Shown: piece after piece, positions 24,916 through 27,518 of the stretch
How positions within the stretch are numbered: position 1 is the stretch's first letter
Layout of the letters: every line of letters starts with the position of its first letter
Source: a virus
Taxonomy: Duplodnaviria; Caudoviricetes
Reading direction: 5' to 3' (one strand)
Virus record (IMG/VR): IMGVR_UViG_3300025610_000117
Location: 1-27,518 of that record
Length of the DNA stretch: 27,518 bases
Notes under the pieces: generated by a model
Told to the model about the DNA's origin: nothing
Seen by the model: the letters and a program-made list of their open reading frames with translations, nothing else
Database searches by the model: none
Made by a program: the position numbers and the translations under genes

Positions 24916-25320
24916 ATGGAAACTAAAAAAGAATTGACAGTAAAACAACAAGACTTTCTTGACAATCTTATTGCTTGTGGAGGCAATGCACGTCAAGCTG
25001 CTGAACTAGCAGGCTATGCAGCAGGAAGCTACACAGCAGTTGTAAAAGCTCTTAAGTCTGAGATACTAGATTTAGCTGAAGGCGTGTTGGCCGTAAACGC
25101 ACCTAAAGCGGCTCTGAAGCTCGTTCAAGTTATGGAGAGCGATGAGCCTATCCCTCAAGCTAATATTCGTGTACAAGCCGCACAGACGCTCCTAGACCGT
25201 GTAGGAGTTGCAAAGAAAGAAAGGCTTGATGTTAAAGTTGAAACGCCAAGTGGATTGTTTATTCTTCCGGCTAAAGCTCCGACTATTATTGAAGATGTAG
25301 AATATGAAGAGACGGACTAG
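24916..25320 (+). CDS. terS: terminase small subunit
   Basis: HTH LTVKQQDFL...GGNARQAAELAGY; AAQTLLDRVG; upstream of terL; ATG 24916 at the predicted +1. Confidence 0.8.
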   Translation: METKKELTVKQQDFLDNLIACGGNARQAAELAGYAAGSYTAVVKALKSEILDLAEGVLAVNAPKAALKLVQVMESDEPIPQANIRVQAAQTLLDRVGVAKKERLDVKVETPSGLFILPAKAPTIIEDVEYEETD

Positions 25321-25531
25321 TAGTACAATTCCATTTGGTTACAGGTTAGTAGATAATGATTTTGAACACATCGAAGAGATACCCAGCGAACTTGAAGCTT
25401 TAAACAAGATACTACCGATGATTAAATCAAAATCTTTGTCTCTACGCGAGGGTGCGTTGTGGTTGACCCATGAAACTGGTCGCTCTATATCCCATCAAGG
25501 ATTACAAAAAATAATCAAAAAAGATGGATAA
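25304..25531 (+). CDS. small DNA-binding protein (recombinase-domain/HTH-like)
   Basis: STIPFGY...SLRE.A.WL..ETGRSISHQGL. Confidence 0.7.
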   Translation: MKRRTSSTIPFGYRLVDNDFEHIEEIPSELEALNKILPMIKSKSLSLREGALWLTHETGRSISHQGLQKIIKKDG

Positions 25532-27206
25532 GAACGATTGGGATTTAAACCCACAAAACTATTTACAAAATGAAGACGGTAGCTTTAAGCTAAAAGCTGA
25601 TGGCACCCCCAAGAAAAAACCCGGAAGGCCAAAAGGCTCAAAGGGCAGGGGATACAACTATCACTCAAGAACTAAAGCAAAACAAGAAGCTTCAAAAAAA
25701 GTAAGGACAAAAAAGAAAAAAATAGCGCAGGCACGTTCCGCTATCTCACGATACCAAAAATCTGTTGAGAATACCGAAAAAGCCCTAGACTTGCTAGAAG
25801 ACAACAACAAAAGTAAAGTTGTTGAAGAGACGTTTGTAGAAGAAGCAGCATCTTCGCTCAAGACTGAGTTGAAAGAGAATGTTATATTTAGTCCTAATGA
25901 GGGACCACAAACTGATTTCTTGGCTGCGGGTGAAACAGATGTATTGTACGGCGGTGCGGCTGGTGGAGGCAAAAGCTATGCGATGTTGGTTGATCCACTT
26001 CGCTTTGCACATAGGGGAGCGCATAGAGCATTAATCCTGCGACGTTCTATGCCAGAGTTACGAGAACTTATCGACAAATCTCGTGAACTTTATCCCAAAG
26101 CCTTTCCCGGCTGCAGATATCGTGAAGTAGAAAAGCTTTGGAATTTTCCAAGCGGTGCAAAAGTTGAATTCGGTTTCTTAGAACGAGATGCAGACGTATA
26201 TCGTTATCAAGGACAAGCATACAGTTGGATAGGTTTTGACGAAATTACCCATCTCCCAACCGAATTTTCTTGGAACTATTTAGCTTCACGATTACGAACA
26301 ACTGATTCAGAAATAGTACCTTACATGCGCTGTACAGCAAACCCCGGCGGTTCTGGCGCACAATGGGTTAAGAAAAGGTACATTTCACCATCACCACCTA
26401 ACGAGTCTTTTATGGGTGATGATGGAATTACACGTAAGTTTATTCCAGCAAGATTGAATGACAATCCGTATCTGGCACAAGATGGTCGATACGAACAAAT
26501 GCTAAAAAGCTTGCCGCCTACTCAGCGCAAACAGTTGCTTGAGGGTAACTGGGAAATTGCAGAAGGCGCAGCATTTACAGAGTTTGACAGGCATCTCCAT
26601 GTCGTTGAGCCGTTTGAAATCCCACTACACTGGGAACGAACCAAAGGACTTGACTATGGTTATGCATCAGAATCAGCTTGCGTTTGGGCCGCACTTGACC
26701 CTAGCGACGGAACGCTGATTATATATAGAGAGTTATATAGAAAGGGTCTTTTAGCTACAGAGTTAGCAGAAATGCTTACTAACATGGAACTAAATGATCC
26801 AACTTCTGTCAGAGGCGTATTAGATACAGCGTGTTGGTCACGCACAGGAACTACTGGCCCGACAGTTGCAGAAACCCTAATACAAGGTGGACACAAATTA
26901 CGTCCTGCAGATAAGAACCGTGTTGCAGGAAAAATACAGATACATGAACACTTAAAAGTTCAACCATCTGGCAGGCCACGAATGCAGATATTTAATACTT
27001 GTCCTAATCTGATTCGTGAACTACAAGGCATTCCGCTTGATAGAAATAATCCTGAGGATGTTGATACACACGCTTCGGATCACGCTTACGACGCACTACG
27101 ATACTTAATTATGTCTAGGCCACGAATAAATGATCCGCTAAGTCAAATACGTAATTTACAGCGTGAACAACACTTTCAGCCTTTCGACTCGACGTTTGGT
27201 TACTAA
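25524..27206 (+). CDS. terL: terminase large subunit
   Basis: Walker A YGGAAGGGKS, Walker B WIGFDE, TANPGG coupling motif, RNase H GLDYG and DHAYDALRY. Confidence 0.95.
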   Translation: MDKNDWDLNPQNYLQNEDGSFKLKADGTPKKKPGRPKGSKGRGYNYHSRTKAKQEASKKVRTKKKKIAQARSAISRYQKSVENTEKALDLLEDNNKSKVVEETFVEEAASSLKTELKENVIFSPNEGPQTDFLAAGETDVLYGGAAGGGKSYAMLVDPLRFAHRGAHRALILRRSMPELRELIDKSRELYPKAFPGCRYREVEKLWNFPSGAKVEFGFLERDADVYRYQGQAYSWIGFDEITHLPTEFSWNYLASRLRTTDSEIVPYMRCTANPGGSGAQWVKKRYISPSPPNESFMGDDGITRKFIPARLNDNPYLAQDGRYEQMLKSLPPTQRKQLLEGNWEIAEGAAFTEFDRHLHVVEPFEIPLHWERTKGLDYGYASESACVWAALDPSDGTLIIYRELYRKGLLATELAEMLTNMELNDPTSVRGVLDTACWSRTGTTGPTVAETLIQGGHKLRPADKNRVAGKIQIHEHLKVQPSGRPRMQIFNTCPNLIRELQGIPLDRNNPEDVDTHASDHAYDALRYLIMSRPRINDPLSQIRNLQREQHFQPFDSTFGY

Positions 27207-27209
27207 TAT

Positions 27210-27518
27210 ATGAATGAAGACATCTTAGACAGCGCAGACAATATTTATTTCACAGAAGTTGAAAATGAAGATGGTCTTAATGTTGAGTTAGACGAAAGCC
27301 TCAAATCTAATCTTGCAGGTCTTATCGAAGCGCGTTTTACTAGTGCAGAACAAGCGCGTGAACACGATGAAGATCGCTGGATTAATGCTTATCATAACTT
27401 TCGTGGTGTGTATCCAAAAGGAATTCCTTTCCGTGAAAGCGAAAAGTCTAGAGTCTTTATTAAAATTACAAAGACTAAAGTATTAGCAGCATATGGACAG
27501 TTGATTGATGTTATCTTT
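27210..27518 (+). CDS. portal protein, 3'-truncated
   Basis: MNEDILDS...RW..AY.NFRG.Y....EKSRVFIKITKTKVLAAYGQLIDVIF; directly after terL; open to the window end. Confidence 0.8.
   Translation, partial: MNEDILDSADNIYFTEVENEDGLNVELDESLKSNLAGLIEARFTSAEQAREHDEDRWINAYHNFRGVYPKGIPFRESEKSRVFIKITKTKVLAAYGQLIDVIF

Noticed and set aside
24226-24996. Track ORFs 24226-24438, 24692-24886 and 24715-24996 (-)
   Set aside because: No RBS, odd composition, and they cross promoters and a terminator; the region is better explained as non-coding

Overview
A 27.5-kb piece of a lytic, T7-superfamily podovirus-type genome, probably marine. Its two-arm layout resembles Zobellviridae/cobaviruses and HMO-2011-like phages. 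No phage RNA polymerase is present in the window. The + arm (1-8280) is the end of the virion module: internal/ejection-type proteins, a GH24 lysozyme and small basic proteins. The - arm (8267-24266) carries early genes and DNA metabolism: class II RNR, T7-like endonuclease I, Cas4-like exonuclease, family A DNA polymerase, primase-helicase, SSB, DUF3310, DUF932, an HhH-GPD glycosylase-like protein and an intact alternative oxidase (AOX). A ~650-bp non-coding region (24267-24915) separates the diverging arms and probably contains the joined genome ends. After it come terS, a small DNA-binding protein, terL and the start of the portal. The most striking signal is in that non-coding region: two perfect back-to-back TTGACA-N17-TATAAT promoters. 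One appears to give a leaderless terS mRNA. The other appears to give an ~81-nt three-hairpin small RNA ending in an intrinsic terminator, and this RNA has a degenerate inverted copy in the adjacent repeat-rich putative terminus. Family names (DUF etc.) are from motif recognition, not database searches.
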